From Thermodesulfobacteriota bacterium (lineage in GTDB: Bacteria; Desulfobacterota; Desulfarculia; JACQYL01), in contig CAXXLZ010000002.1 of NCBI GenBank assembly GCA_963675595.2, positions 3,328,001 to 3,392,000 of the forward strand: DNA of 64,000 nt. The letters are read 5' to 3'. The notes beneath the pieces are model-generated. The model was not told the DNA's origin and ran no database searches. It saw nothing but the letters and a program-made list of their open reading frames with translations. The first letter of the stretch is position 1; each line of letters begins with the position of its first letter. A program made the position numbers and the translations under genes. Positions 20,478-29,926 of the stretch are shown here, in pieces.

Positions 20478-20996
20478 ATGAGAGCTTTCCCCTTCGCTTT
20501 CTTGGACGAAACGTTTTTTGGAACACGCCGCCGCAGCGGTGCGAGAGCCCGTTGGGAGTCCCGCGTTCTTCCTTGCTGGATTCTCCTTGTGTGCATCCTG
20601 TCGCTTACATGGCCGGCTGTCGCGTCGGCGGAATCTCCCTCGGGCAAGGACCAAGGGCCGCTTCCCAGCATCAGCGAAGACCGGGAGGAGCGGGCCGGGG
20701 TCCATCTGGAACGAGCGAAAGTACTCGAATCCTGGGAGATGTGGGAGAAAGCCCTAAGCCAATATCGAGTTGTACTGGAATTGTCCGGCGATGGGGCTCG
20801 GCGTGCGGACGCTCATTACGGAGAAGCTTTCTGCTTGTTCAGGTTGGGGCGGTATGAGGAGGCTTTGAAGTCTTTGGATGAAATCAGTCCCGAAGACGTG
20901 TCCGATCCTGCCATGATGGATGTGGTGGAGGATGCCCGAAAGACCATCCTACGAGCCCGGGAACAGGCCGGGCAAACTGAAAAGCCCGAAAAATGA
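20478..20996 (+). CDS. Tetratricopeptide repeat protein, probably exported
   Basis: Hydrophobic signal-like segment; TPR-like WEKALSQYRVVL..AHYGEAFCLFRLGRYEEAL. Start uncertain. Confidence 0.65.
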   Translation: MRAFPFAFLDETFFGTRRRSGARARWESRVLPCWILLVCILSLTWPAVASAESPSGKDQGPLPSISEDREERAGVHLERAKVLESWEMWEKALSQYRVVLELSGDGARRADAHYGEAFCLFRLGRYEEALKSLDEISPEDVSDPAMMDVVEDARKTILRAREQAGQTEKPEK

Positions 20997-21059
20997 GCGA
21001 GCCCGAGTAAGGTGTGCAATTCGCTGCTTATCCAGGATAAAGACGGTTATTTCAGCTAG

Positions 21060-21087
21060 TTGACAACCAAGGGGGTGTGGTTATTTT
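21060..21087 (+). promoter_or_regulatory. Putative hsp20 promoter TTGACAACC-N12-TTATTTT
   Basis: Same boxes and spacing as upstream of groES. Confidence 0.65.
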
Positions 21088-21154
21088 ATAGTCGTAAGGG
21101 GCCTCATGCGAGGCCGAAAAATGATAACGTTGCCTCTGAAAGGAGGGAGTGTGT

Positions 21155-21610
21155 ATGTTCAGCCTGATTCCCATTAGGAGGAAATCCATGCTTCCCGGAG
21201 TTTGGGGGCCTGGAGAAGGTCTATGGAATCGCTTCGAATCCTTGTTCGACGACCTGCCCATGATGGGGCCCGGCGAAAAGGGCTTTATGCCCAAACTGGA
21301 CGTGAGTGAGACGGAAGGGGAGGTCGTGGTAAGACTCGAAGCACCCGGTATGGAAGCCAAGGATTTCGAGGTTTCGTTGGAAAAGGGGAAGCTGTACCTC
21401 AGCGGGGAAAAGAAAGAAGTGCGTGAGGATGAGAAAGAAGATTACCACGTGAGGGAAACGCATTACGGCAGCTTCTGCAGAACGGTGGACATGCCGGCTG
21501 AAGTGGATACGGACAATGTGAATGCCGAGTACGTGGGCGGTGTGCTCAAAGTGACCATGAAGAAGACGGAAGAAGCCAAGCGAATGCGGAAACGGATCGA
21601 GATTCACTGA
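21155..21610 (+). CDS. Hsp20/alpha-crystallin small heat-shock protein
   Basis: PKLDVSET, EAPGM, LSGEKK, E..YGSF.R, AEY.GGVLKV; AGGAGG RBS. Confidence 0.95.
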   Translation: MFSLIPIRRKSMLPGVWGPGEGLWNRFESLFDDLPMMGPGEKGFMPKLDVSETEGEVVVRLEAPGMEAKDFEVSLEKGKLYLSGEKKEVREDEKEDYHVRETHYGSFCRTVDMPAEVDTDNVNAEYVGGVLKVTMKKTEEAKRMRKRIEIH

Positions 21611-21647
21611 CCCGCGGCAAAACTGGAAACCGAATAAACTCAAGAAA

Positions 21648-21686
21648 GGGGGGTGCCCACCGCAGGAGGGCGCCCCCCGAACTTTT
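21648..21686 (+). terminator. Putative terminator after hsp20
   Basis: GGGGGGTGCCC...GGGCGCCCCCC stem followed by a short T run. Confidence 0.55.
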
Positions 21687-21824
21687 CGGCAAGAGGACGG
21701 ACGGGGGTGGGGGCGAGTGTTGTGCCGAGCTTTGTTGTCGGAGAGGGTCAAAACGACACGAAGGCACTCTTGGGGTTACATCCGGGGGAGAATGGAGCGT
21801 TCTCCCGGACATTTCCGCTTTTTT

Positions 21825-22961
21825 GCCGAGCTGGGGCTCGGCGTTCCCAGGGGGGCGAACCGTGAGGGTTTCCAACGCAAGTCGGTGAAGTTGGCCGATT
21901 CTATTGAGAGTCGGACTCTTTAGGACGATCCCGCCTGATTGGATCCCATTCGGCGCCCCGTACCTAGTCGCTTATCGTTTCGCCGGACTTCCGGTTTGAC
22001 GACTTTCAACACCCTCTTCTGGTCTTTGGGGAAGTCGTATTCCCGATCATGTCCCGGGAGCGCCGAGCCCCAGCTCGGCCCATTTGTCGAACCCAGCACT
22101 GGACCATGGCCACTGCTCCGGAAACCGGCAGAGTCCGGCGTTCACAGGGTTATTCATGGATATACGCCGCTACGGCATCCAGGTGCTGTTGATCTCGGAT
22201 ATAGCGATCCCAGTAGTCCCGCATCCAAAGGTTCTTCCCTGGAATGCCGAGCCCCAACCGGGAATTGTGTGCCAAAGCCCAACGACCGGTAAACGACTTC
22301 CAAGATTGCACAATTTTGGACAAGGACGCGGAAGGCTCGATGAGCACATGCATGTGATTGGGCATGACACACCATGCCACAAGCCGGTAACGATTTTCGT
22401 GGAATCTGAGCAGGGTTTCCTGCATCAATGCGGCCAAGCGCCCATGTCTTAGGGCGCAGCACCCCATCCCCGCGTCCAACCAGGCCTCGATGGTGCGTCG
22501 CTTCTCACCCTCTCGTCGGGTCCTCGGCACGGAGGCAAGCTCTTGTTCCAAGCAGTGCAGCTTTTCTTGAGGCACTGAGTCGGCCAAACGGAACGTAATC
22601 GATTGAAGGATCCCGAAGGAATCAAAGTGCGGCAAATATCCACGATGATACCAGCCCACGGATGAGGGGCCGGGAGAATCGAGGGTTTCGTCGGGTTTCT
22701 CCGCTGCGTTGCCGAGCTGGGGCTCGGCGTTCCGAGGGGGGCACTTCATTATGGCTGGATTCTCCGGCCCGCAAGTTTGCGGCCCCCTCTGTGTTCAGGC
22801 ATGCGTGAAGCATCTCCCTTCGTGCAAGCGTAAGGAAGTCCGCCGTGTCGGCTCGTCAAACCACCGGCCGTTGTTCCCCAAGTCGTTTGCCTGCAGGTGC
22901 CTGTTGTCGGCGAGGTCATGCTCGCGATGAGTTCCTGAGAGCGCCGAGCCCCGGCTCGGCC
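21825..22961. repeat. Cluster of REP-like hairpins GCCGAGCTGGGGCTCGGCGYTCC
   Basis: Copies at 21825(+), 22053-22080(-), 22711(+), 22934-22961(-), plus a degenerate copy at ~22238-22262(-). Each full copy is a 7-bp GCCGAGC/GCTCGGC stem. Confidence 0.85.
22047..22749 (-). pseudogene. REP-associated tyrosine transposase (RAYT, Y1/HUH), frameshifted near the C-terminus
   Basis: RGYLPH, ITFRLADS, AWCVMPNHMH (HUH), IVQSWKSFT, W.RDYWDRYIRD, catalytic Y. The conserved NPV.AGL..W.WSS tail continues in another frame to TGA 22047. Confidence 0.8.
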
Positions 22962-22980
22962 TCACGGTGTGCCCATGTTG

Positions 22981-23391
22981 TCAAAGCTCGGCTTTGATCT
23001 TCTCCGCGTTCTTGCGGATTTCCTCCATATCTCCCTCAACGGGCGTCCATTTGGACACGGTGAGCCCGTCTTCCTCCCAACGCGGAACCAGATGCATGTG
23101 CAGATGGAACACCGCCTGATTGGCGGCTGCGCCGTTCAATTGGAGCACGTTCATGCCGTCCGGGTTGAAGCTTTTCCGTACGGCCCCGGCCAACCGATGG
23201 ATGGCCGAAGCCACGGCCGCATAGGTTTCAGCGTCGATATCCAGGATGCTTTCGAAATGCTTTTTGGGCACCACGAGGAGGTGCCCGGGATTCATGGGTT
23301 GAATGTCCAGGAATCCGAGGACCTGTTCATTTTCATACACCTTGAAACAGGGTATTTCTCCGGCCACGATTTTGCAGAAGATGCAGTCCAT
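22981..23391 (-). CDS. HIT family protein
   Basis: CIFCKIVAGEIP, FLDIQP..PGH.LVVPKKH, QAVFHLHMHLVPR. Confidence 0.95.
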   Translation of the reverse strand: MDCIFCKIVAGEIPCFKVYENEQVLGFLDIQPMNPGHLLVVPKKHFESILDIDAETYAAVASAIHRLAGAVRKSFNPDGMNVLQLNGAAANQAVFHLHMHLVPRWEEDGLTVSKWTPVEGDMEEIRKNAEKIKAEL

Positions 23392-23482
23392 GGGTCTTCC
23401 TTTCCTTGAAGGTTCACGGGACGTTGAGTCCGGGCGCCCGCCTTACGGCCCGATCAAGAGCGGAACCGCCGGCAGGGAATTA

Positions 23483-25369
23483 TCATCGGGGCGCGGACGC
23501 TTCGGGCGTGCGGAGAAGAGCGGCATCTCGTGCTGCGCCTTTGGCCGCCCAAGACTCCGGAATGAATTTCCAGTGCCCGATGGGCGCGGTGGTCACTTGT
23601 TTCCGTTCCCGAAGGTATTCTTCCATCAGCCGCCTCAGATTTTTCCGAGACACGGCCAAACGTCGCTCCCGCAAGGCGGCGGGGGACAGGCGGATGCCGT
23701 AGGTGAGATGCCCTCCTCCGCCTTCCCCCCGATAGGAATTGACCGCCGCCAGGTAGTCGTGCCTGAAGTGAAAGGGCTCGCCCGCATCCACATGGCCGTC
23801 CAGGTTGCGATCCATTCCGAGTATGTTCACGCGTTTCCCCGGAGGGCGGCTTACGTCCACCGTATACACGATGCCGGCGGCGGAGCTGTAATGGTAGTAT
23901 CTGGTTGCCGGGATGGGGTGTTCCGAGGTTTCCGAATCCGGTTTGAACAGAAGCAGGTGATCTTGTTCGTCCCGCATTCGGCCGGCCCAGCCTTTGTAGG
24001 AGTACTCCAGATAATCGCGGATTTCTTTTCCGGAGAGCCTGACCAGATATAGGTAATTCTCGAAACGAAAAAGACTGAACAGGTCGCGGATACGGATGGG
24101 ACCGGCTTCAATGGAACGATTATGGTACTGAGGAGCGGCGAAGGACACATCCGCGGGTCCACCGGGCAGTCCACCGGAGGCGTGGAGCTGGAATCGGTGA
24201 ATCAGGTCCGTATAGGCCGAGTCTCCGAACAAGGCGTCTCGGGTTTCAATGGTTCGGGACAAAGTGCCCACGGGTTGGGAGAGGTATTCTTTGGTTTCCC
24301 GGTAAGGTCGGCTGAAACGTGCCATGAATTCGGGGTCCGGTCGGAAAAGGAAGGTCGGAACCGGTTCGCCTCTGGTTTCGATTTCCCAAGCGTTTTGGGT
24401 CCCGGACCTTCGAGCCGTGATGTGGGCCACGGCCAGAGCCTCGGCTTGTTTGCCGCCTCCGAGAATCAACACGTCGTTGACTCGTGTGTTGCGCCGCCGA
24501 TGATCGTGGCCTGTGAAGATGACGTTAAACCCCGGCACTTTTTCGGCCACCAACTGAGCCGCGTCGGGGTTGTCGCGCGTGTTTGCGTCGGCGCCGCCGT
24601 GGGTGTAATCCGTGCCCGAGTGGAAAAGGCCCACCAATACCGCGGGGTGTTCCTTTTTTTGAATGTGTGAAACCCATTTTTCAGCGGATTGGACCATGTC
24701 GGCGAAGACAAGCCCTTGTTGAGCTTCTTCCGGAACCCAACGGGGCATGCCGGGGGTGCCCATTCCCAGTACCGCAATCTTGACTCCCTGTTTGTCGAAC
24801 ACCTGATAAGGTTGGAAATAGGGAGCTCCCGTATCGGCATCCAGGATGTTGCAGGCCAGCCAGGGAAACCGGAACTGCCGGGCTGTGGGGCGATACACCT
24901 CGGGTCCCGCTTCAATGTCGCGATCGCCGGGAACCCCGGCGTCGTATCCCAAATGGTTCATGACTTGGGCCGCCACATGAGTATAACGGTCGGGAGTCTT
25001 CACCGTATTGTAGTAGGCTACGATGGGACTGCCGCGCAGGATGTCTCCTCCGTCGAGCAGAAGGAAATTTTGAGTTTCGGCTCTTTGCTTCTTGATGTAG
25101 GCGGCCGCGTGCGCCAATGAATGATTGGTTTCCCTGTCCCCGGCAAAATCATAGGGAAAGATTTGTCCGAGAACGTCGGTGGTCGCCGCGATGGTGATTT
25201 CGACCGTTGCGCCTTCGGAGGAGCCGGCGGAATGGGATGGTGAGAGAAGAAAACAGAGTAAGAGAACGGACAGGAAGGCGATCAGGCGCGGTGAAACCCC
25301 TCCACGAGGGAAGCGCGCCCCGGCTTCGCCTTGTGGAGGGAGTTCGCGCACATGGACGATTCTTTGCAT
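23483..25369 (-). CDS. CpdB/5'-nucleotidase family metallophosphatase with degenerate active site
   Basis: Signal peptide; DGGDIL, GLFHSG, GHDH and a 5'-nucleotidase C-domain (FEN.L, NSYR..GGG). The DxH and GNH motifs read TDVLG and GDRD. Confidence 0.85.
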   Translation of the reverse strand: MQRIVHVRELPPQGEAGARFPRGGVSPRLIAFLSVLLLCFLLSPSHSAGSSEGATVEITIAATTDVLGQIFPYDFAGDRETNHSLAHAAAYIKKQRAETQNFLLLDGGDILRGSPIVAYYNTVKTPDRYTHVAAQVMNHLGYDAGVPGDRDIEAGPEVYRPTARQFRFPWLACNILDADTGAPYFQPYQVFDKQGVKIAVLGMGTPGMPRWVPEEAQQGLVFADMVQSAEKWVSHIQKKEHPAVLVGLFHSGTDYTHGGADANTRDNPDAAQLVAEKVPGFNVIFTGHDHRRRNTRVNDVLILGGGKQAEALAVAHITARRSGTQNAWEIETRGEPVPTFLFRPDPEFMARFSRPYRETKEYLSQPVGTLSRTIETRDALFGDSAYTDLIHRFQLHASGGLPGGPADVSFAAPQYHNRSIEAGPIRIRDLFSLFRFENYLYLVRLSGKEIRDYLEYSYKGWAGRMRDEQDHLLLFKPDSETSEHPIPATRYYHYSSAAGIVYTVDVSRPPGKRVNILGMDRNLDGHVDAGEPFHFRHDYLAAVNSYRGEGGGGHLTYGIRLSPAALRERRLAVSRKNLRRLMEEYLRERKQVTTAPIGHWKFIPESWAAKGAARDAALLRTPEASAPR

Positions 25370-25403
25370 GCGCGGACCTTCGATGAAAGCAGGCAGACGG
25401 ACG

Positions 25404-26738
25404 TCAGGTCATGGCCGGGAACTGGAACAAGAGTTCCACGTTGCGATCCTCGGGGGAACCTTCGCCGTCCATACTTTCGTCCGCGGCGGAATCGTAGGAA
25501 GCCGAGGCGTTCTCTCCCAGTTGTCCGGTCCCCTGCTGGTTAAAGACATAAGTGAAAATCGACCCTGTTCCGTCTCCGTTATTGCGGATTTCGAAAATAC
25601 GAGCTTCCTGTGGAAAATCGATGAGCGAGGCGGTCTGTATGTTCCAGAATCCCTTATCCGGCGTACCGGATACGGCAAAGGATCGGATTCGATTGAAATG
25701 GTCGTGGCCGCTGACCACGGCAATCACCTGGGGATGGTCGTAGAGGATTGCCACAAAGTCGTCGCGGCCGTGTTCAATATCGTTTACCCGATGGTGAGAG
25801 ACGACAATGGCCAGGGAGTCGGGATGCTCGCCCAAATCGGCTGCCAGCCAAGACCGCTGGTCTTCGTCCAGGTAACCGAGAGCGCTGCCGTCCGGATGTG
25901 TGCTGTCGAGAACGTAAAAACGGATTCCGGGCTGGACCAGTTCCTCGGATGCGTTTCTTAAGGGTGCTAAAGGACTGAAGGCGTAGAAGCCGCGGACACT
26001 GCCGGGGTCACCGTTGTATTCGGGACCGAAATCGAAACCCATGGCGGCCGAGCCGAATGCGAGCAACGTGGGCGCGTGGGTGCGAGTGAAATGCTCAGTG
26101 ATGAATTGGCCCTTGTCCACGAAGTCCAGGTCCGAGACTTTTTCCGCCGTATCCGGAGGGATGTTGCCCAGAGCGAGAACGTCATGGTTTCCAATGGCCT
26201 GAACCCAAGGCAGGGGGGATTGGTTGATTTCCGTGAGAAAGGAGACCAATTCTTGGAAGGTCCCCGCGTCCAGGGCGTCTCCGTTGTGAACGATCAGGTC
26301 GAGGGGCGGGTCCACGGCGGCCATGGTTTTGACGATGGCCTGGAGCACGTCCACGTCGTACCGCTCCTGCGGGTCGGGACGGTCCAGTCCGCCGAATCCG
26401 ATGTTGTTCCCGAAGGAGTCCAGCAAACCTTCGAGAAAGACGTTGCCCGTCACACTGAAATCGTCCTGACTGATGTGGGTGTCCGTGATCTGGCCGAAGG
26501 AAATGAGTTGGGTCGCCGGGCCGATGGGACCCTCGGCGCTTGGGGCCGCTCCCAAATCATTGCGCAGCAGGAATTCGGCGGGACGCGGCGGAGGACCGGC
26601 CGAGCCCTCCGCGGAAACCGGGAATTCACCGACGTTCCCCGCGCTGCTCTCACTTCCGCAACCGGTCAGGGCGAGACTGCGTCCGGCGAGAACCGCCGCG
26701 CCGCACATCTTGAGAAAGTTGCGCCTGTTCAGCGTCAT
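25404..26738 (-). CDS. Tat-exported lipoprotein metallophosphoesterase (TIGR03767/8-like)
   Basis: NRRNFLK twin-arginine motif, LTGC lipobox, ITDTH, NGDALD, GNHD, SHH, SGHDH, SLIDFPQ. Alternative start 26753. Confidence 0.85.
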   Translation of the reverse strand: MTLNRRNFLKMCGAAVLAGRSLALTGCGSESSAGNVGEFPVSAEGSAGPPPRPAEFLLRNDLGAAPSAEGPIGPATQLISFGQITDTHISQDDFSVTGNVFLEGLLDSFGNNIGFGGLDRPDPQERYDVDVLQAIVKTMAAVDPPLDLIVHNGDALDAGTFQELVSFLTEINQSPLPWVQAIGNHDVLALGNIPPDTAEKVSDLDFVDKGQFITEHFTRTHAPTLLAFGSAAMGFDFGPEYNGDPGSVRGFYAFSPLAPLRNASEELVQPGIRFYVLDSTHPDGSALGYLDEDQRSWLAADLGEHPDSLAIVVSHHRVNDIEHGRDDFVAILYDHPQVIAVVSGHDHFNRIRSFAVSGTPDKGFWNIQTASLIDFPQEARIFEIRNNGDGTGSIFTYVFNQQGTGQLGENASASYDSAADESMDGEGSPEDRNVELLFQFPAMT

Positions 26739-27002
26739 GACGCGTTCCTCCATTCAAGTAAGGGGACAGGAAGTGAAGCCACGGCGGAAGCCCGTTCGTT
26801 CCGACGTTACCGCGTCGGAATGGTGGCAGATTCCCTGGTTCGTGTCAACAGTGGAATGGCCGGGGATCCTGTCCCGGAGCGGATTCGCCGGGGATTTCCC
26901 TTGCCCGTGAGAATCGCTTCGTCCATAATGGCCTGTAATGTTACGGACGGCTCTTTGCGCCGTTCCTTTCCCATTCCCAATGCTTTGCCGGAGGCTCGGT
27001 GA

Positions 27003-28193
27003 ATGAAAAAAACTTGGTTGATGCTTTTTTGTTGTATGGTTCTGGCGACGAGTTCCGCGCACGCCACTTTGGATGGAATTTGGAAAGATGCACCCCAACA
27101 GGCTGAGGAAACTCAGATTTCCTTGTATATCCAGACCACTACGGAAGGTTCCATGCTGGTGGTTCTGCTGGATATGTCGGAACTTCTCGGCCCGCCGCGA
27201 TTTCTGATTTTTCTGGACCCGGATTATTCCGACGGAGTGGAAGCCGCCGAAATGGGAGGGTCGGGCCTAACATTGACCATGACGAACTTTGTGGGTGAGG
27301 AGTCCGCGGATGCGACTCTGTCATTGGACGTGATGGAACTCAGCTTCCCGGTGTTTAAATGGTTTCAGGCACCGGATCCGGCAACCGAGTATATGAACGG
27401 AATTTTCAAGGACCAACCTTTGGGAGAGGCGTCCGATTTCTCGGTTTTCGTTCAAACCTATTACGGAGTGGAGCCGAGATCGGCGCTGGCGGTGCTGACC
27501 GCCGACGGCGGCGGGTCCTACTATGCCTTCTTGGATCCGGATATTGACGACGGCGGATTTGAAGCGGATGATCTGTTCGAGTCCGGCGCTCATCTTTCCC
27601 TGGAGGTCTACGAGGTGACGATTCAAGGGGAGATGACGGCTCAGGCCGTGGGCGTGACCGACGGCGAATACTCGTTCACCGCGCCCGAAGGTGATCCCGT
27701 TTCCGGAGATCTGTACCAATGGTTTTCCGCCCCCAATGAATTCAGCTTATCAAGCCCGGCCTTCAGCAACGGAAACCTGATTCCCGTCAAGTACACCGCC
27801 GATGGAGACGGAGTGTCTCCTCCCTTGACCTGGGCGGACGCGCCTCCGGGCACGGAAAGTTACGTGGTGCTTATCGAGGACCTTACGGCGAGTGATTTCC
27901 TGCATTGGCTGGTGTACGATCTTTCGGCGGACACGCTGAGCCTTGAAGAGGGCGCGGACCAGGACCCTCCGGGTCCCGCCAAACAGGGAGTGAACTCGGC
28001 GTCCGCTCAGGGTTATGCTCCCATGGATCCACCCGTCCAGAGTGGAGTGCATCAGTACTTCTTCCGAGTTTACGCGCTGGACGAGACCGCGCTGGACATT
28101 ACCGGAACCCCCACGAGGTCCGTGGTGGAAAACGCCATGCAGGGCCACATCCTGGGCGAAGCCTCCTTTTTCGGTACCTACGTGAGGAACTGA
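27003..28193 (+). CDS. Secreted protein: tandem unknown domain x2 plus YbhB/YbcL (PEBP) domain
   Basis: Signal peptide; C-terminal LSSPAF..G..IP.KYTADG..VSPPLTW, F.HWLVYDL, PP...HQYFFRVYALD. Confidence 0.85.
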   Translation: MKKTWLMLFCCMVLATSSAHATLDGIWKDAPQQAEETQISLYIQTTTEGSMLVVLLDMSELLGPPRFLIFLDPDYSDGVEAAEMGGSGLTLTMTNFVGEESADATLSLDVMELSFPVFKWFQAPDPATEYMNGIFKDQPLGEASDFSVFVQTYYGVEPRSALAVLTADGGGSYYAFLDPDIDDGGFEADDLFESGAHLSLEVYEVTIQGEMTAQAVGVTDGEYSFTAPEGDPVSGDLYQWFSAPNEFSLSSPAFSNGNLIPVKYTADGDGVSPPLTWADAPPGTESYVVLIEDLTASDFLHWLVYDLSADTLSLEEGADQDPPGPAKQGVNSASAQGYAPMDPPVQSGVHQYFFRVYALDETALDITGTPTRSVVENAMQGHILGEASFFGTYVRN

Positions 28194-28234
28194 AACGAGT
28201 CGGCGGCTTGGCTCCGAAAAAGTGAAGGATCACC

Positions 28235-28591
28235 ATGAAACGAAAATTTGTTTCCCCCATCGCCAGCGCCATCCTGCTCCCCGGTACGGGGCAGCTATTG
28301 AACCGTCAGCCGCTGAAAGCGCTGGCGCTGATCGGTTGCGTCACCGTGCTTTTTCTGGCTATTTTGTTCAAGTTTCTTTCCGACTTGAACAAGGCCCTTC
28401 AAACACTCACCGCGGAAGGCCTGGACGGCCCCACATATAAGGATCTCACCCGCATTATGGGAGAGGGGGATCACACGTTGCTTGCCGTTCTGATTCTTGT
28501 TTTCGTGGGAGTCTGGGCATTTTCGGTTGTGGATGCGTATATTTACGGTAAGAGATTGGACGTGAAGGAAAATGAGACAACTGCTGTATGA
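28235..28591 (+). CDS. Small membrane protein (hypothetical)
   Basis: AGGA RBS; LLPGTGQ..N motif, two hydrophobic helices, W..S..DAY. Confidence 0.7.
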   Translation: MKRKFVSPIASAILLPGTGQLLNRQPLKALALIGCVTVLFLAILFKFLSDLNKALQTLTAEGLDGPTYKDLTRIMGEGDHTLLAVLILVFVGVWAFSVVDAYIYGKRLDVKENETTAV

Positions 28592-28904
28592 TGAGATATC
28601 CGTTTCGGACATGGAAAAAGTCCGCGCTCACTTGGCGGAGCACGCCATGCCGGGACCTATTAACGACATCTATTTTGTTGAGTTCCCCGAAGATTTGCTT
28701 GAGGGGGATCAACGGACTCATGAGGCTTGTGCGCCTTTCGTTTTTGCCATCGAAACGGGACAGAATTGGTTCAAGACCGAGTTATTGGTGCGCAGCAGGA
28801 ACACCCTGCGCTGTTCGTGCGTTCAATATGCCGGTAAGGAACAGACGGATTTCATCTTTCGGTTCAACGAAAGGCTGATCGAGCAGTGCGGGATCATGAC
28901 CTGA
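28572..28904 (+). CDS. Conserved hypothetical protein
   Basis: AAGGA RBS, overlaps the upstream gene, ELLVRSR..LRCSC..YA motif. Confidence 0.7.
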   Translation: MRQLLYDEISVSDMEKVRAHLAEHAMPGPINDIYFVEFPEDLLEGDQRTHEACAPFVFAIETGQNWFKTELLVRSRNTLRCSCVQYAGKEQTDFIFRFNERLIEQCGIMT

Positions 28905-28930
28905 CGTCCCGTCTCGGTTTGGAGCATGGA

Positions 28931-29926
28931 TTGAATTGGAGTTCTCTCTACGACGGCGATCCCCGGCGGATCAACTATCTCCGGGTTTCGGTGACGGACC
29001 GCTGTAACCTGCGCTGCCGTTACTGTATGGGGGAGGAAGGCATTCGGCTGATTCCCCATGGTGAGGTTTTGACCTACGAGGAGCTGCTTCGGGTCATTCG
29101 GCTCGCCTCGGAGCGAGGCATCCGCAAAGTCCGCATCACGGGCGGAGAACCTCTGGTGCGCAAGGGGCTATGTGAGTTCATCCGCACGGTCAACGGGCTT
29201 CCCGGAATCCGTGAGACGGCCCTCACCACCAACGGAGTCCTTCTGGGGGAGTTCGCGGAAGAGCTTTTTTCGAGCGGGGTCCGGCACATCAATGTCAGCA
29301 TGGACAGTTTGAAGCCGGAATGCTTTGAATCGATTACCGGCAGGCCTCATTTTGAGAAGGTCTGGAATGGAATCCGGGAAGCGGAACGGCTGGGGTTTGA
29401 TCCCATCAAATTGAATATGGTGGTGATTCGGGGCTGGAACGACGACGAGGTCGTGGAGTTCGCCCGTTTGACCTACTCGAAACCCTACCATGTGCGTTTT
29501 ATCGAATTCATGCCCTTGGGGGACCCCGCCAAATGGAAAGAGGAATTGGTGGTTGGAACGGATGATATCCGGGGGCGGATTCAAGAGCTGGGACCCTTGG
29601 AGCCGATACACCGGAGCGTCACCAGCGGCCCGGCTTCCACTTTCCGGCTGAAAGGAGCGCGAGGTCGTATCGGGTTCATTTCAGCGGTCAGTCACCAGTT
29701 CTGTTCCACCTGCAACCGGCTGCGCCTCACGGCTGAGGGAAGACTTCGAACCTGCCTGTTTTCCGACATGGAAACCGATTTGAAATCCCCCATGAGAAAC
29801 GGCATATCCGATGAAGGCCTTCTGGGTATCATGGATCAGGCGGTTCGGGACAAGCCTCGCGGCCATCTTCTCGAAGCGGATCGCAGACCGGATCTGAATC
29901 GCCGCATGTGGGGCATCGGGGGATAA
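28931..29926 (+). CDS. moaA: GTP 3',8-cyclase
   Basis: YLRVSVTDRCNLRCRYC, RITGGEPL, RFIEFMP, FC..CNRLRLT..G.L..CL, C-terminal IGG. Start TTG 28931 with GGAG RBS (ORF track 28886). Confidence 0.96.
   Translation: MNWSSLYDGDPRRINYLRVSVTDRCNLRCRYCMGEEGIRLIPHGEVLTYEELLRVIRLASERGIRKVRITGGEPLVRKGLCEFIRTVNGLPGIRETALTTNGVLLGEFAEELFSSGVRHINVSMDSLKPECFESITGRPHFEKVWNGIREAERLGFDPIKLNMVVIRGWNDDEVVEFARLTYSKPYHVRFIEFMPLGDPAKWKEELVVGTDDIRGRIQELGPLEPIHRSVTSGPASTFRLKGARGRIGFISAVSHQFCSTCNRLRLTAEGRLRTCLFSDMETDLKSPMRNGISDEGLLGIMDQAVRDKPRGHLLEADRRPDLNRRMWGIGG

Noticed and set aside
21825-22961. CRISPR array interpretation of the repeated hairpins
   Set aside because: Copies alternate in orientation, are hundreds of bp apart, surround a RAYT, and no cas genes are present.
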